Positions 49,876 through 60,373 are shown, counted from the first letter of the stretch. The stretch is 64,000 nt of DNA from an uncultured Bifidobacterium sp. (GCF_959020155.1 NZ_CAUERC010000003.1:72902-136901), one strand, 5' to 3'. Notes: a model not told the origin generated them from the sequence alone. Made by a program: numbers and translations.

Positions 49876-50534
49876 TGCCAATCAGGGTATTCACCCTCAC
49901 GGGCGGATTCGATCGGCTGTTCCGGCTCGCGCTTGACCGGCAGGGTCTTCGGCTTGAACGGGAACTTTTCGGCGCGCATCTTCTCGTATGCGATGATGTC
50001 GTCTTCGTGCTGCAGCGTCAGGTCGATGTCGTCGTAGCCGTTCATCAGACGCCAGCGGGTGTAGTCGTTCACTTCGAACGGCAACGTCACATCGCCGCAG
50101 GTGACGGTACGGTCTTCCAGGCTGACGGTCATTTCGCGGCCCGGCTCCTCGTCCAGCAGCTTCCACAGCAGCTCAATGGATTCCTGCGGCATAATTGCGG
50201 CCAGCACGCCGTTCTTGGCGGTGTTGCCGTAGAAAATGTCGGCGAAACGGGAGGAAATCACCACGCGGAAACCGTAATCGTGCAGCGCCCACACGGCGTG
50301 CTCGCGGGAGGAACCAATGCCGAAATCCGGGCCGGCCACAAGGATCTTGCCCTGCTTGTATTCCGGCTTGTTCAGCACGAATTCCGGGTCGCGGCGCCAC
50401 GCGTAGAACAGGGCGTCGTCGAAGCCGCTTTTCTTCACGCGCTTCAGGAACACGGCCGGGATGATCTGGTCGGTATCAACGTTGGAACGGCGAAGCGGCA
50501 CGGCCACGCCGGTAAGGGTAGTCAGTTTTTCCAT
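49845..50534 (-). CDS. leuD: 3-isopropylmalate dehydratase small subunit
   Basis: [31 protein letters not shown]. Confidence 0.97.
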   Translation of the reverse strand: MEKLTTLTGVAVPLRRSNVDTDQIIPAVFLKRVKKSGFDDALFYAWRRDPEFVLNKPEYKQGKILVAGPDFGIGSSREHAVWALHDYGFRVVISSRFADIFYGNTAKNGVLAAIMPQESIELLWKLLDEEPGREMTVSLEDRTVTCGDVTLPFEVNDYTRWRLMNGYDDIDLTLQHEDDIIAYEKMRAEKFPFKPKTLPVKREPEQPIESAREGEYPDWQGPLADRGII

Positions 50535-50546
50535 GTCAACAAATCC

Positions 50547-50596
50547 TTCGATTGCCTATCGATATTCGATTTCGATATTTCGATTACTTACGATTG
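50547..50596 (+). repeat. CGAT-core microsatellite in the leuC-leuD spacer
   Basis: TTCGATTGCCTATCGATATTCGATTTCGATATTTCGATTACTTACGATTG, six CGAT units. Confidence 0.6.
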
Positions 50597-50623
50597 CGTT
50601 CGCAGCTTCCGCTCGCAGCAGGC

Positions 50624-52027
50624 TCACAGGTCGGCCGGCGAGCAGATGGTGCCGCGGATGGCGGTCGCGGCGGCAACGGCCGGCGACGCCAGATGCGTGC
50701 GCGAACCCTTGCCCTGACGGCCTTCGAAGTTGCGGTTCGAGGTGGAGATGGAACGTTCGCGGGCCACCATCTTGTCCGGGTTCATGCCCAGGCACATGGA
50801 GCAGCCGGCGTTACGCCATTCGGCGCCGAAGTCCTTGAAAATCTTGTCGAGGCCTTCCTTTTCCGCCTGCAGGCGCACGCGGGAGGATGCCGGCACCACG
50901 AGCACGCGGTGGATGTTGTCGGCCTTGTGGTGGCCCTTCATGATGGAGGCGGCCACGCGCAGATCCTCAAGACGGCCGTTGGTGCAGGATCCGATGAACA
51001 CGGTGTCCACGGCGATGTCCTTGATGCGCATGCCCGGCTTCAGTCCCATGTAGGCGATGGCACGCTCGGCGGCGGAACGCTCGGTCTCGTCGTTGAAGGA
51101 GGCCGGATCCGGCACCACGCCGGAGATCTTCACGCCCTGGCCCGGGTTGGTGCCCCACGTGACGTACGGCTCGAGGTCTTCGGCGTTGATGGTCACTTCC
51201 TTGTCGAACACGGCATCGTCATCGGTCTTCAGCGTCTTCCAATATTCGACGGCCTTGTCCCACATCTCACCTTCCGGCGCGTGCGGACGGCCCTTCAGGT
51301 ATTCGAAAGTCACCTCGTCCGGGGCGATCATGCCTGCGCGGGCGCCGGCTTCGATGGACATGTTGCAGATGGTCATGCGGGCGTCCATCGACAGCTTCTT
51401 GATGGCTTCGCCACGGTATTCGATAACGTGGCCCTGGCCGCCGCCGGTGCCGATCTTCGCGATGATGGCCAGAATAATATCCTTGGCGGTGACGCCCTTC
51501 GGCAGGTCGCCTTCGATGTTCACGGCCATGGTCTTGAACGGCTTCAGGCTCAGGGTCTGCGTGGCCATGACGTGCTCCACTTCGGAGGTGCCGATGCCGA
51601 TGGCCATAGCACCGAACGCGCCGTGGGTGGAGGTGTGCGAGTCGCCGCACACGATGGTCATGCCCGGCTGGGTCAGACCCAGCACCGGAGCGAACGCGTG
51701 GACCACGCCCTGGTCAGCGTCGCCGAGCGGGCACAGACGCACGCCGAAATCCTTGCAGTTCTTTTCCAGCGTGCTCAGCTGCAGCGCCGAAGTCTCGTCC
51801 GGATTCGGACGGTCGATGTCGACGGTCGGCGTGTTGTGGTCTTCCGTGGCGATCAGCTGGTCGACGTGACGTGGCTTGCGTCCTGCCAGACGCAGACCTT
51901 CGAACGCCTGCGGGCTGGTCACTTCGTGCATGAGCATCAGGTCGATGTACAGCAGGTCGGGAGCCCCATCGCTACCCTTGCGTACCAAATGATCGGCCCA
52001 GACCTTCTCGGCCAATGTAGTTCCCAT
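50624..52027 (-). CDS. leuC: 3-isopropylmalate dehydratase large subunit
   Basis: [50 protein letters not shown]. Confidence 0.97.
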
Positions 52028-52343
52028 TGTGGGACCTCCTCAGATTTTTCCTCACTAATTTCCTCGCGGCTATTGCCTTGCCGCATTCTTCGTGCTATAA
52101 GCCTATGGGCTTGAAACGGGTTCGAGGTCCTTCATGCCGGTATATGAGATATGAACGAGGGACGAGCGCGGCAAACGCGGAAAAGTTACTTCCCGTCTTC
52201 TTACGGCATATGCGCAATCGTTGAAATTTCAGCATTTTCCCAGCTTCGCCAGCCGGTGGAAGCAAGGTAAATAATCTGCTTTACCCCAGTCGCGAACCAC
52301 ATACATTTTGCATTTCAATATGTGAGATGGCATAATTCAGCGT

Positions 52344-53168
52344 ATGACTTCTTCTTCGAATACGAGCAACGCCATGCCCAAAACGCAGGCCATGAACGCC
52401 ACGAACGAGGCAAACGGCAATTACGCAGCCACCCCGCAAAGCAACGAAATTCATTCCGGGGTCGGCGTGCTCGACAAGACAGTCAAGATTCTCGACGCTC
52501 TTGAATCCGGCCCAGCCACACTCGGACAGCTGGTTTCCGCGACCGGTCTGGCTCGTCCGACCGCGCATCGTCTTGCGATCGCGCTGGAACGTCACCGTTT
52601 CGTTTTGCGCGACCAGCACGGTCGTTTCGTGCTCGGATCGCGATTCGCGGAACTTGCGGCCGCAGCCGGCGAGGACCGCCTGTTGACCGCCGCCGCGCCG
52701 ATTCTGCAGACCCTGCTCGACCGCACCGGCGAATCCGCGCAGATCTACCGCCGTCAGGGCGATCAGCGCGTCTGCATCGCAGCCGTCGAGCGCGCGTCCG
52801 GCCTGCGAGATTCCATTCCGGTTGGTGCGATGCTGTCCATGGAAGCCGGTTCCGCAGCCCAGATTCTGCTGGCTTGGGAGGATTCCGAACGTCTGCATCA
52901 GGGTCTTCGCCACGCCAAGTTCACTGCGGCCAAGCTCACCGCCGTCCGCAAGCGCGGCTGGGCCGAGTCAATCAATGAACGCGATGAGGGCGTGTGTTCG
53001 ATTTCCGCGCCGATTCGCAACGCGTCCGGCCAGGTGATCGCCGCTATTTCGATTTCCGGCCCGAACGGCCGTATGGGCGCCAATCCCGGCCGCCGTTACG
53101 CGCCGCTGGTCATGGCCGCCGGAAAGTACCTCACCGACGCGCTGATCAAGGCCTCTTCCGGCCGCTGA
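52344..53168 (+). CDS. IclR family regulator (NdgR/LtbR orthologue)
   Basis: SGVGVLDK...TGLARPTAHRLA HTH plus IclR effector domain; divergent from leuC as in other actinobacteria. Confidence 0.9.
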   Translation: MTSSSNTSNAMPKTQAMNATNEANGNYAATPQSNEIHSGVGVLDKTVKILDALESGPATLGQLVSATGLARPTAHRLAIALERHRFVLRDQHGRFVLGSRFAELAAAAGEDRLLTAAAPILQTLLDRTGESAQIYRRQGDQRVCIAAVERASGLRDSIPVGAMLSMEAGSAAQILLAWEDSERLHQGLRHAKFTAAKLTAVRKRGWAESINERDEGVCSISAPIRNASGQVIAAISISGPNGRMGANPGRRYAPLVMAAGKYLTDALIKASSGR

Positions 53169-53198
53169 CAGGTCCGCGACCAGTCGCATACGTAACGT

Positions 53199-53237
53199 AA
53201 AAGCTGACGATGGAAAGTTCCCATCGTCAGCTTTTTT
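53199..53237 (+). terminator. Intrinsic terminator after the IclR gene
   Basis: AAAAGCTGACGATGG / CCATCGTCAGCTTTTTT. Confidence 0.85.
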
Positions 53238-53320
53238 GTATTCATTTCAAAGCTAAAAGTCGGGAAAAGGAATAGTCACCGCCGGAAAGGCTACCGGCGG
53301 AACGACTAGTCAACAAACAG

Positions 53321-54799
53321 CTACCGGCGAAACAGCGAGACCAGCTTGTTCCACGTCTTGCTCCACCACGTCGGCCTGTGGAGCAGGTCCATGCCTTCCG
53401 AATCGGGCTTCGATTCGCTGGTCATGCCGTAGGCGTAGGCCTTGCCCGCGCTGGGTTTGCCCACCAGCTCGTCGTATTCCAACAGCTGCGTGCGCGGCTC
53501 GTACGGGTGGCGGATGTCGAATTCGAACAGTCGAGCGGCACGCTTGGCCGGCACCGGGCCGTATGAGCCAAAACCGCTGGTCGGCGAGGCGACCATCATC
53601 ATCTGCCGGTCACCGTCGATTCCGACCGGCACGGAACCGACGAAGGCGTTGCGGTGGTCGTGCCCGGCGGAAATCGCAAAATATCCCGCCTTGTCAAGGA
53701 TTGCGAATTCGCCGCTGTCGGCATCCGGGCAGCTGACGCCCTCCCCCAGATAGCTTCCGGGCTGCGTTTTGTCTTCGTTGAGCACGAAATGCCGCCCCGC
53801 GAAGTTGCGGTATCCTTCAATCGCGCGCGCAGCGGTGGCCGCGACCGGCTTGAGCAGGCGGTAATACTGTTCGATCGGGAAATGCTGGAACACCATGCAT
53901 GGCAGCGTGGACGGCGTCTTATGCGGTTCGTGCGGCAATTCCTGCGCGTCTTGCCGATCTTGCTGCGATTGGGGCGATTGCTGGTATTGCGATTGCGCCG
54001 CCATCAGCCCCGGCGCATCCGCCAGGAAGCGCAGCGCGGCTTCCGACGGGCTTCCGTAGCCGCCGGAACGCGCGTAATCGCCCGAATCCAGCAGGACCAA
54101 GCCCAACACGTCATACGTGCGATCGACGTCCGTCACCGACAACGCGAATGTGCCGGGCGCGCACGCGATCACAGGCTGTTCCGGCAATCCGAAGTCCTGT
54201 TCCATATCACCGACATCATGTTTCACACCATGTTTCACGGCGATGCCCGTCGTGCCGTCGGCAGCGCGTTCCGGATTGATACACCCTGGGAATTCGCGGC
54301 AGATGCTTTCGATCTCGTCATTGTCGAGCCCGCACTGGAAGTCATGGTTGCCGAACGTCACAGCCCACGGCACGCCGCGGTCGGCAAGCGGGTGGACCAG
54401 TTGTTCGATGGTGGCTCGCACCAATTCGCGGGTGTGTTCCAATGCGGCCGCATAGCGTTCCCCGGACGCTTCGGACGATGCGGATGCCGGACGCGCGTCC
54501 CAGCGACGCTTGCGGAAGGTCAGCGCGTATGCGGAATCATATCCGGCGATCTGGTTGCCGTTGAAAATAACAAGATCGGGGCGTGTGGCGTCAAGCGAGG
54601 CCTCGATGAGGCTGATGGTGTCTTTGCTGACTTTCGGCCCGTCTTGGATGTCGGCGAATTGCAATACGCGGAATTTGCCGGACTGGTGGAATTGCAGGCG
54701 GCCGAGCCGTGCGGATACGGAAAGCGGTCGACGGTCCCCCTCTTCCGCTGGTTGGATGCGCGGGCGCGTGGCTTTGGCGGCATGCTGCAATTCGGTCAT
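53321..54799 (-). CDS. Calcineurin-like metallophosphoesterase
   Basis: ADIQ (for DxH), NGNQ (for GD), GNHD, FQH, GHDH motifs. Confidence 0.85.
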   Translation of the reverse strand: MTELQHAAKATRPRIQPAEEGDRRPLSVSARLGRLQFHQSGKFRVLQFADIQDGPKVSKDTISLIEASLDATRPDLVIFNGNQIAGYDSAYALTFRKRRWDARPASASSEASGERYAAALEHTRELVRATIEQLVHPLADRGVPWAVTFGNHDFQCGLDNDEIESICREFPGCINPERAADGTTGIAVKHGVKHDVGDMEQDFGLPEQPVIACAPGTFALSVTDVDRTYDVLGLVLLDSGDYARSGGYGSPSEAALRFLADAPGLMAAQSQYQQSPQSQQDRQDAQELPHEPHKTPSTLPCMVFQHFPIEQYYRLLKPVAATAARAIEGYRNFAGRHFVLNEDKTQPGSYLGEGVSCPDADSGEFAILDKAGYFAISAGHDHRNAFVGSVPVGIDGDRQMMMVASPTSGFGSYGPVPAKRAARLFEFDIRHPYEPRTQLLEYDELVGKPSAGKAYAYGMTSESKPDSEGMDLLHRPTWWSKTWNKLVSLFRR

Positions 54800-54936
54800 A
54801 CTTCTAGGGTAATGCAACATTGGGCGATTACATGTGCGATTCACGCAGGGCGTCAGCAGATTGCGCTGCCACATCGCATCCGGCAAAATCCATCAACCCA
54901 CCGCCCAAAGCGACGTGAACAGACAGGTGCGAAAAA

Positions 54937-54962
54937 CAAAAAACCCTCGCATCTGCGAGGGC
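54937..54962 (-). terminator. Terminator of the tRNA operon
   Basis: Minus strand reads CCCTCGCAGATGCGAGGG followed by TTTTTT. Confidence 0.8.
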
Positions 54963-54966
54963 TCAT

Positions 54967-55041
54967 TGGCTGGGATGCCTGGACTCGAACCAAGAATGGC
55001 TGAACCAGAATCAGCTGTGTTGCCAATTACACCACATCCCA
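54967..55041 (-). tRNA. tRNA-Gln(CTG)
   Basis: TGGGATG acceptor stem; anticodon arm GCTGA-TTCTGGT-TCAGC; GTTCGAGTC T-loop; encoded CCA. Confidence 0.96.
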
Positions 55042-55079
55042 ATTTGGCTGGCGTGGCAACTTCAAAAAGTTGTCCGTCG

Positions 55080-55152
55080 TACCCCCGACCGGATTTGAAC
55101 CGGTGTTGGCGCCGTGAGAGGGCGTAGTCCTAGACCGCTAGACGACGGGGGC
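55080..55152 (-). tRNA. tRNA-Glu(CTC)
   Basis: GCCCCCG acceptor stem; CGCC-CTCTCAC-GGCG anticodon arm; GTTCAAATC T-loop; CCA not encoded. Confidence 0.96.
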
Positions 55153-55203
55153 TTGAGTTATCGCTGTGATTCTCAGCTAGGCTGTGAACCGCAACGAGTG
55201 ATA

Positions 55204-55232
55204 AATATACGCGAAACAGCACAGTCGCGCAA
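55204..55232 (-). promoter_or_regulatory. Promoter of the tRNA-Glu/tRNA-Gln operon
   Basis: Minus strand TTGCGC-17 bp-TATATT. Confidence 0.6.
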
Positions 55233-55350
55233 CTTACGGCGTGTCGCGCTATTTTCCGCCATTCCGCACCAGCCTTCCGCATAAACGAAAACCCGCCGAA
55301 TCACTCCGGCGGGTTTCCATCATTCAGCTAACAGTCAGCAGCTCAACGGC

Positions 55351-56871
55351 TCACAGGTGCTCGCGCAGGCCCTTGAGTCGAGCCATGGCAACGTCCTTGC
55401 CGACGATTTCCATGGATTCGAACAGCGGCGGGGACACGCGGCGGCCGCTCATGGCCACGCGCACCGGGCCGAAAGCCAGACGCGGCTTGTAGCCGCCGTC
55501 TTCGACCAGCGCCTTGTTCAGCGTCTCGTGCAGGAAGTCGGTCTTCCAATCACCCTCAGCAACGGCGTCCAGCGCCGCGATCGCAGCGTCGAGCACGGCC
55601 GGAGCGGAATCCTTCAGCTGCTTCTTGGCGTCGGCGTCCGGCTCGATGTAGCCTTCGGTGGACAGCAGGGAGCCGACCATGCCGGCCACTTCGCCCAGCA
55701 GGCGCACGCGCGGCTGGACCAGCGGAGCGGCAGCGGTGAGCACCTCACGCTCACGGTCGGTCAGCGCGTCCCAGGAATCGGCGGACACCACGCCGTCACG
55801 CTTGAGGTACGGCACGGAACGGTTCAGGAAGTCCTGCGGTTCGAGCATGCGGATGTGCTCGGCGTTGATGGAGATGGCCTTGTCGATGTCGAAGCGGGCC
55901 GGGTTGGCCTTGACGTCACGCACGTCGAACTTCTCGATCATCTCGTCCATGGAGAACACGTCGCGGTCGGGGGCGATGGACCAGCCCAGCAGCGCCAGGT
56001 AGTTCAGCAGGCCCTCACGGATGAAGCCGTTGTCACGGTGCAGGAACAGGTTGGATTCCGGATCGCGCTTGGACAGCTTCTTGTTGCCCTGGCCCATGAC
56101 GTACGGCATGTGGCCGAACAGCGGCATTTCCTTGGCCACGCCCAGCTCGATCAGGTAACGGTACAGCACGATCTGACGCGGGGTGGAGCTCAGCAGATCC
56201 TCGCCGCGCAGCACCACGTTGATGCGCATCATGGCGTCGTCGACCGGGTTGGTCAGCGTGTACAGCGGGTCGCCGTTCGGACGCACGATCACGTAATCCG
56301 GCACGGAACCGGCCTTGAATTCGATGCGACCGCGGATAAGGTCGTCGAAAGCGACGTCCTCGTCGGGCATGCGGATACGCAGGGCCGGCTTGCGGCCTTC
56401 CGCGCGGAACGCGGCCTTCTGCTCTTCGGTGAGGTTGCGATCGTAGCCGTCATAGCCGAAAGCCTTCGGACGGCCGGCGGCCACGTTGCGGGCCTCGATC
56501 TCCTCAGGAGTGGAGAAGGATTCGTAGGCGTAGCCGGCTTCGAGCAGCTTGGCTGCGACGTCCTTATAGATGTCGCCACGCTCGGACTGGCGGTACGGGC
56601 CGTCCGGGCCACCCACGTTGATGCCTTCATCCCAGTCGATGCCCAGCCAATTCAGGGCCTCGATGATCTGGTTGTAGCTTTCCTCGGAGTCGCGCTGGGC
56701 GTCCGTATCCTCGATACGGAACACGAACGTGCCCTTGGTGTGGCGGGCCTCAGCCCAGTTGAACAGTGCGGTGCGGACCATGCCGACGTGCGGAATGCCG
56801 GTCGGGGACGGGCAGAAACGCACACGAACGTTTTCAGGAAGTTCCGGTTTGGTATTTTCAACTTCAGTCAT
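55351..56871 (-). CDS. gltX: Glutamate--tRNA ligase
   Basis: [35 protein letters not shown]. Confidence 0.97.
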   Translation of the reverse strand: MTEVENTKPELPENVRVRFCPSPTGIPHVGMVRTALFNWAEARHTKGTFVFRIEDTDAQRDSEESYNQIIEALNWLGIDWDEGINVGGPDGPYRQSERGDIYKDVAAKLLEAGYAYESFSTPEEIEARNVAAGRPKAFGYDGYDRNLTEEQKAAFRAEGRKPALRIRMPDEDVAFDDLIRGRIEFKAGSVPDYVIVRPNGDPLYTLTNPVDDAMMRINVVLRGEDLLSSTPRQIVLYRYLIELGVAKEMPLFGHMPYVMGQGNKKLSKRDPESNLFLHRDNGFIREGLLNYLALLGWSIAPDRDVFSMDEMIEKFDVRDVKANPARFDIDKAISINAEHIRMLEPQDFLNRSVPYLKRDGVVSADSWDALTDREREVLTAAAPLVQPRVRLLGEVAGMVGSLLSTEGYIEPDADAKKQLKDSAPAVLDAAIAALDAVAEGDWKTDFLHETLNKALVEDGGYKPRLAFGPVRVAMSGRRVSPPLFESMEIVGKDVAMARLKGLREHL

Positions 56872-57038
56872 AGGCTCCATTGTGCCGCGCAAACCGGACG
56901 TGCCACGACCCAATCGCCGTTTTTCTTCCGCAGCGTTCCATACTGCAATATTTTTCCCTATCTTCACATCGGCAAAGGAGTAATGTATGAAGCGACTTTC
57001 TTTATTCTTTAGTCACCGTTTTGTGAAAGGGCACTCTA

Positions 57039-58310
57039 ATGACGGACCCCAACCAATACAATCCGCAGGTGCCGCAGCCGGCACCGCAGTACGGCACGCC
57101 GGATTACGGGCAGGCGCAGGCGCCCCAGTACGCCGCCCCGAACTACAACCAGGCACCTCAGTATGGTCAGGCTCCGCAGTACGGCCAAGCACCGCAACCG
57201 CAATACAACCAGGCTCCGCAGTACGCTCAGGCCCCTCAATATGGACAGGCCCCTCAGTACGGCCAGGCTCCAGCCGCGAATTACGGGCAGCCGGCACCGC
57301 AACCGCAGTCGGGCAATAGCTTCTTCGCATTGACCGCGCCGCTTGACATGCCCGCATATGGCTGCAACCTGGGCGAGGCGATCGTCCGTTTCTTCAAGAA
57401 GTACGCGGTGTTCAAGGGCCGCGCCTCGCGTAGCGAGTTCTGGTGGTGGTTCCTCACCTATACCGTCGTCACTTTCGTGTTGAGACTCGTGTTCCGCACG
57501 TTGAGGAACCTCACCGATTCCGGCGTGATCGCCACCGTCGGAGACTCGTTCTCCTCCATTTGGGGACTCGTCGTGCTTGTGCCGACCATCGCGCTTGGCG
57601 TACGTCGTCTGCATGACATCAACATGCGTGGCACCGTGCTGGCCATCATCTACGCGGTACAGGCGGCCGCCGGAATCTTCTTCGCCATCGGTCTGATCCT
57701 CATCATCGGCAGCAGTCTTTCGTTCAGGTCGTTGGAGGCAGGCAACAGCGTCAGCATCGGCGGCGTTGTCCTGCTGATCCTCGGCGTGCTGGCCTTCATT
57801 GCCAGCGGTGTGTTCTACTTTGTGCTGATGGCCCGCGATTCCAATCCGGAAGGCGCGCGTTTCGACGCTCCTACGGCTTCCAACGCATGGGCTCCTGCCA
57901 CGGGCGAGGCTCCGGCAGACCCGTATGCGGCGCAGGCCACCTCGTACGGCAACGTCCCGCTGCCGACCAATCCGGCGGCTGCGGCACCGGCCACGCCGTA
58001 CACGGCACCAGCGACTCCGGCCGATTCGTACACAGCTCCGGCACCGCAGTATGACGCCGCGCAGCAGCACGCCGCGCCGCAATACGCCGCACCTCAGCAG
58101 AATCCGCTGGCGGAGGCTTCGTCCGTACCATCTATGCCTCCGATGCCGGCTGTTCCGACCATGCCTCCGACACCGTCCATTCCGCCGATGCCGGAAGTGC
58201 CGGCCCAGTTCCAGCATCCGCACGAGCAGCCGAATACCGACGCTCCGGCGGATTCGGACGCTTCGGCAGTACCGAATGATTCGGCGAACGGCACCGATCA
58301 GCAGCTCTGA
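57039..58310 (+). CDS. DUF805 membrane protein with QAPQYG repeats and Pro/Ala-rich tail
   Basis: KYAVFKGRASRSEFWW and VRRLHD DUF805 motifs flanked by low-complexity regions. Confidence 0.88.
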   Translation: MTDPNQYNPQVPQPAPQYGTPDYGQAQAPQYAAPNYNQAPQYGQAPQYGQAPQPQYNQAPQYAQAPQYGQAPQYGQAPAANYGQPAPQPQSGNSFFALTAPLDMPAYGCNLGEAIVRFFKKYAVFKGRASRSEFWWWFLTYTVVTFVLRLVFRTLRNLTDSGVIATVGDSFSSIWGLVVLVPTIALGVRRLHDINMRGTVLAIIYAVQAAAGIFFAIGLILIIGSSLSFRSLEAGNSVSIGGVVLLILGVLAFIASGVFYFVLMARDSNPEGARFDAPTASNAWAPATGEAPADPYAAQATSYGNVPLPTNPAAAAPATPYTAPATPADSYTAPAPQYDAAQQHAAPQYAAPQQNPLAEASSVPSMPPMPAVPTMPPTPSIPPMPEVPAQFQHPHEQPNTDAPADSDASAVPNDSANGTDQQL

Positions 58311-58364
58311 TTTCGCTCTGCCCCCGCCTTATCGCCACACAAAACGTGGCACACCATAACGAAT

Positions 58365-58416
58365 AACGAATAATCCCGGTATCCTGTGCAATCGCAGGAT
58401 ACCGGGATTATTCGTT
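58365..58416. terminator. Long hairpin between convergent genes
   Basis: AACGAATAATCCCGGTATCCTG / CAGGATACCGGGATTATTCGTT. Confidence 0.8.
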
Positions 58417-58568
58417 TCAGATCATTCGTTACGGGTAGTGACGTCGTTGCGGATGTAACGCGTGGGATAGGCGACGGCCACGCGCAATTCGAGCGCAAGC
58501 ACAAGCGCACGCAACACAAGTACACGCAAAGCCTTCACCGTCAGACGTCACACGACCGCCCGCAACAC

Positions 58569-59630
58569 TTATTCCTCGGTCGGCTCCGAACCGGCCTCTT
58601 CCGACGAGTCCGAATCCTCAGACAAATTCGAGTCTGCAGACGAATCCAAATCCGCGTCGGAAGCCGCGTTATCGCCATCGCTCGTCAAATTGTATTTCTT
58701 TGCGAGCGCTTCCCTGCTTTTGCGCTCGTCCTCGTCTTTGGCGTCCTGTTCGGCCTGCTTCGGGTCCCACTCCAGGAACCTCATATGCCGCAGCCATTCC
58801 TGCCCCGCGAAGAAAGCGAGGTACTTGACGGTGGTGGAGAACGTCAGCGGGTTGAACGAGCTGTCGAACACCGACTGGGGCCGTCCGAACTGGCGGGCGG
58901 TGTCACGCAGACCAAACAGGTTGATGAGCTGTTCGGCGTTGATGAAAGTGGGCGGAATCGACAGCTGGTTGCGCATGGAGTTGACGAACAGCAGCACCGG
59001 CAGCACGCGGATGGCCTGCTCCTGCGAATCGTCGGTGCCATAGCACATGAGGTTTATCAGCGCGTCGAGAACCGTCATCGAGGCGAGGTAGCGTCTTGCG
59101 AATTCGTTGCGGTCCACCGTGGCCGACTGGCAGATGCCGACGTTTTCCGCCACGTCATCGTCGACTTCGAATCCGGAGGCGCTGCGCATAGTGCGTGAGA
59201 GGTTCTCCATGAGGTCTTGGATTTCCTTTTCGATTCGGGTCTCCACGTCGATGCCGAGTATTCTGGCGGTTTCCATGAACAGTTCGATGCCGTCGACCCC
59301 GTGGTAGGAGGCCATCACGTCATAGGCGCGGTTGGCATCCATCAGCGTGCGGATGATTTCCGGATCGACGCCGGGAAGCACATCCATGCCTTCGTATACG
59401 GCTTCCGCAACCGACTGGTCGACTTCTTCGGAGCGTTTCAGCAGCACCTGCGTCATCATGCCGGAGAACATCACCTGCAGGTTCTCCGCATATTTGACAT
59501 CGTTTTCCAGTTCCTGGTTCGTTTGCAACGGCCACATCTTGACCAGATCGACACCGTAGTCAACTGCCATGGAGACCACGTGCGAGCCGTACATCGAGTC
59601 GACGACCTTCTGGTCGTATACAAAAGACAT
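58569..59630 (-). CDS. Hypothetical acidic protein
   Basis: 353-aa ORF with AAGGAG SD and protein-like composition; no motif recognised. Confidence 0.75.
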   Translation of the reverse strand: MSFVYDQKVVDSMYGSHVVSMAVDYGVDLVKMWPLQTNQELENDVKYAENLQVMFSGMMTQVLLKRSEEVDQSVAEAVYEGMDVLPGVDPEIIRTLMDANRAYDVMASYHGVDGIELFMETARILGIDVETRIEKEIQDLMENLSRTMRSASGFEVDDDVAENVGICQSATVDRNEFARRYLASMTVLDALINLMCYGTDDSQEQAIRVLPVLLFVNSMRNQLSIPPTFINAEQLINLFGLRDTARQFGRPQSVFDSSFNPLTFSTTVKYLAFFAGQEWLRHMRFLEWDPKQAEQDAKDEDERKSREALAKKYNLTSDGDNAASDADLDSSADSNLSEDSDSSEEAGSEPTEE

Positions 59631-59713
59631 ACTTTCTCCTTGTATATCGTGCGGCCGGCCCGAACCGCAGTCATCCCCGACCGCGATTGAGCCACCGCAT
59701 GTTTTGGTTCACA

Positions 59714-60373
59714 TTATTCGACGTCCGCCGCCGGATCGGCGTACGTAATGGACATTATTTTCCCGGTATTGCAATCGTAAGTGATGGAGGTGATAGAAGC
59801 GAGCGCGGTGTGGCGCAACAGCATGTTGTGTTCGGGGTGCCCCGTTTCCAGCATGTGCCGGTAGCTCCAAATCGGCGATTCGTGGCTGACCACCACGATC
59901 TGTTTGCCGGGATATTCCGCCACTTTCTCCAGGGCGAAGTCCTGCATGCGATGCGCGATCGACTGGTAGCTTTCGCCCCAGCTCGGCTTCCACAGGTTGC
60001 GTACCAGCTTCCAGTTGCCGTTCTTCCACAGCGCGCCTTCGCCGAAGCCGATACGCTTGCCGCGAAATTCGTTGCGCGCTTCGATGAGGCGTTCGTCCGT
60101 CTGCAGCTCCAGCGGTTCCTCGCCGCGCAGTCCACGTACCGAATTCAGCGATTCGAGGATCTCCCCCGCCGTTTCGCGCGTGCGTTCCAGCGGCGACGAG
60201 TAGACGGCGGATACGGTGTTCAGCTGCGGGCTGACCGCGATGTAATGCGCGGTGGCCTGCGCCATGCGCACGCCCACGTCGGACAGGTGGAAACCGGGCA
60301 GCCGCTCGTACAGCAGGTGCCCGGGGTTCTCCACTTTGCCGTGGCGCACGAAATGGATGGTTGTCGCCGGCAT
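59714..60373 (-). CDS. Histidine phosphatase (phosphoglycerate mutase-like) family protein
   Basis: VRHG, SSPLERTRETA, GES, VSH motifs. Confidence 0.9.
   Translation of the reverse strand: MPATTIHFVRHGKVENPGHLLYERLPGFHLSDVGVRMAQATAHYIAVSPQLNTVSAVYSSPLERTRETAGEILESLNSVRGLRGEEPLELQTDERLIEARNEFRGKRIGFGEGALWKNGNWKLVRNLWKPSWGESYQSIAHRMQDFALEKVAEYPGKQIVVVSHESPIWSYRHMLETGHPEHNMLLRHTALASITSITYDCNTGKIMSITYADPAADVE

Noticed and set aside
52100..52135. Short ORF MKDLEPVSSP upstream of leuC as a leucine leader peptide
   Set aside because: It has a single Leu codon, no clear SD and no attenuator structure.
54967..55152. tRNA genes as the integration site of a mobile element
   Set aside because: No integrase nearby and no duplicated tRNA 3' end seen; the gltX-tRNA-iclR-leuC order is ordinary for actinobacteria.
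58490..58566. CA-rich stretch (GCAAGCACAAGCGCACGCAACACAAG), and a similar one at 33000-33040
   Set aside because: Low-complexity intergenic sequence without a consistent unit or structure.
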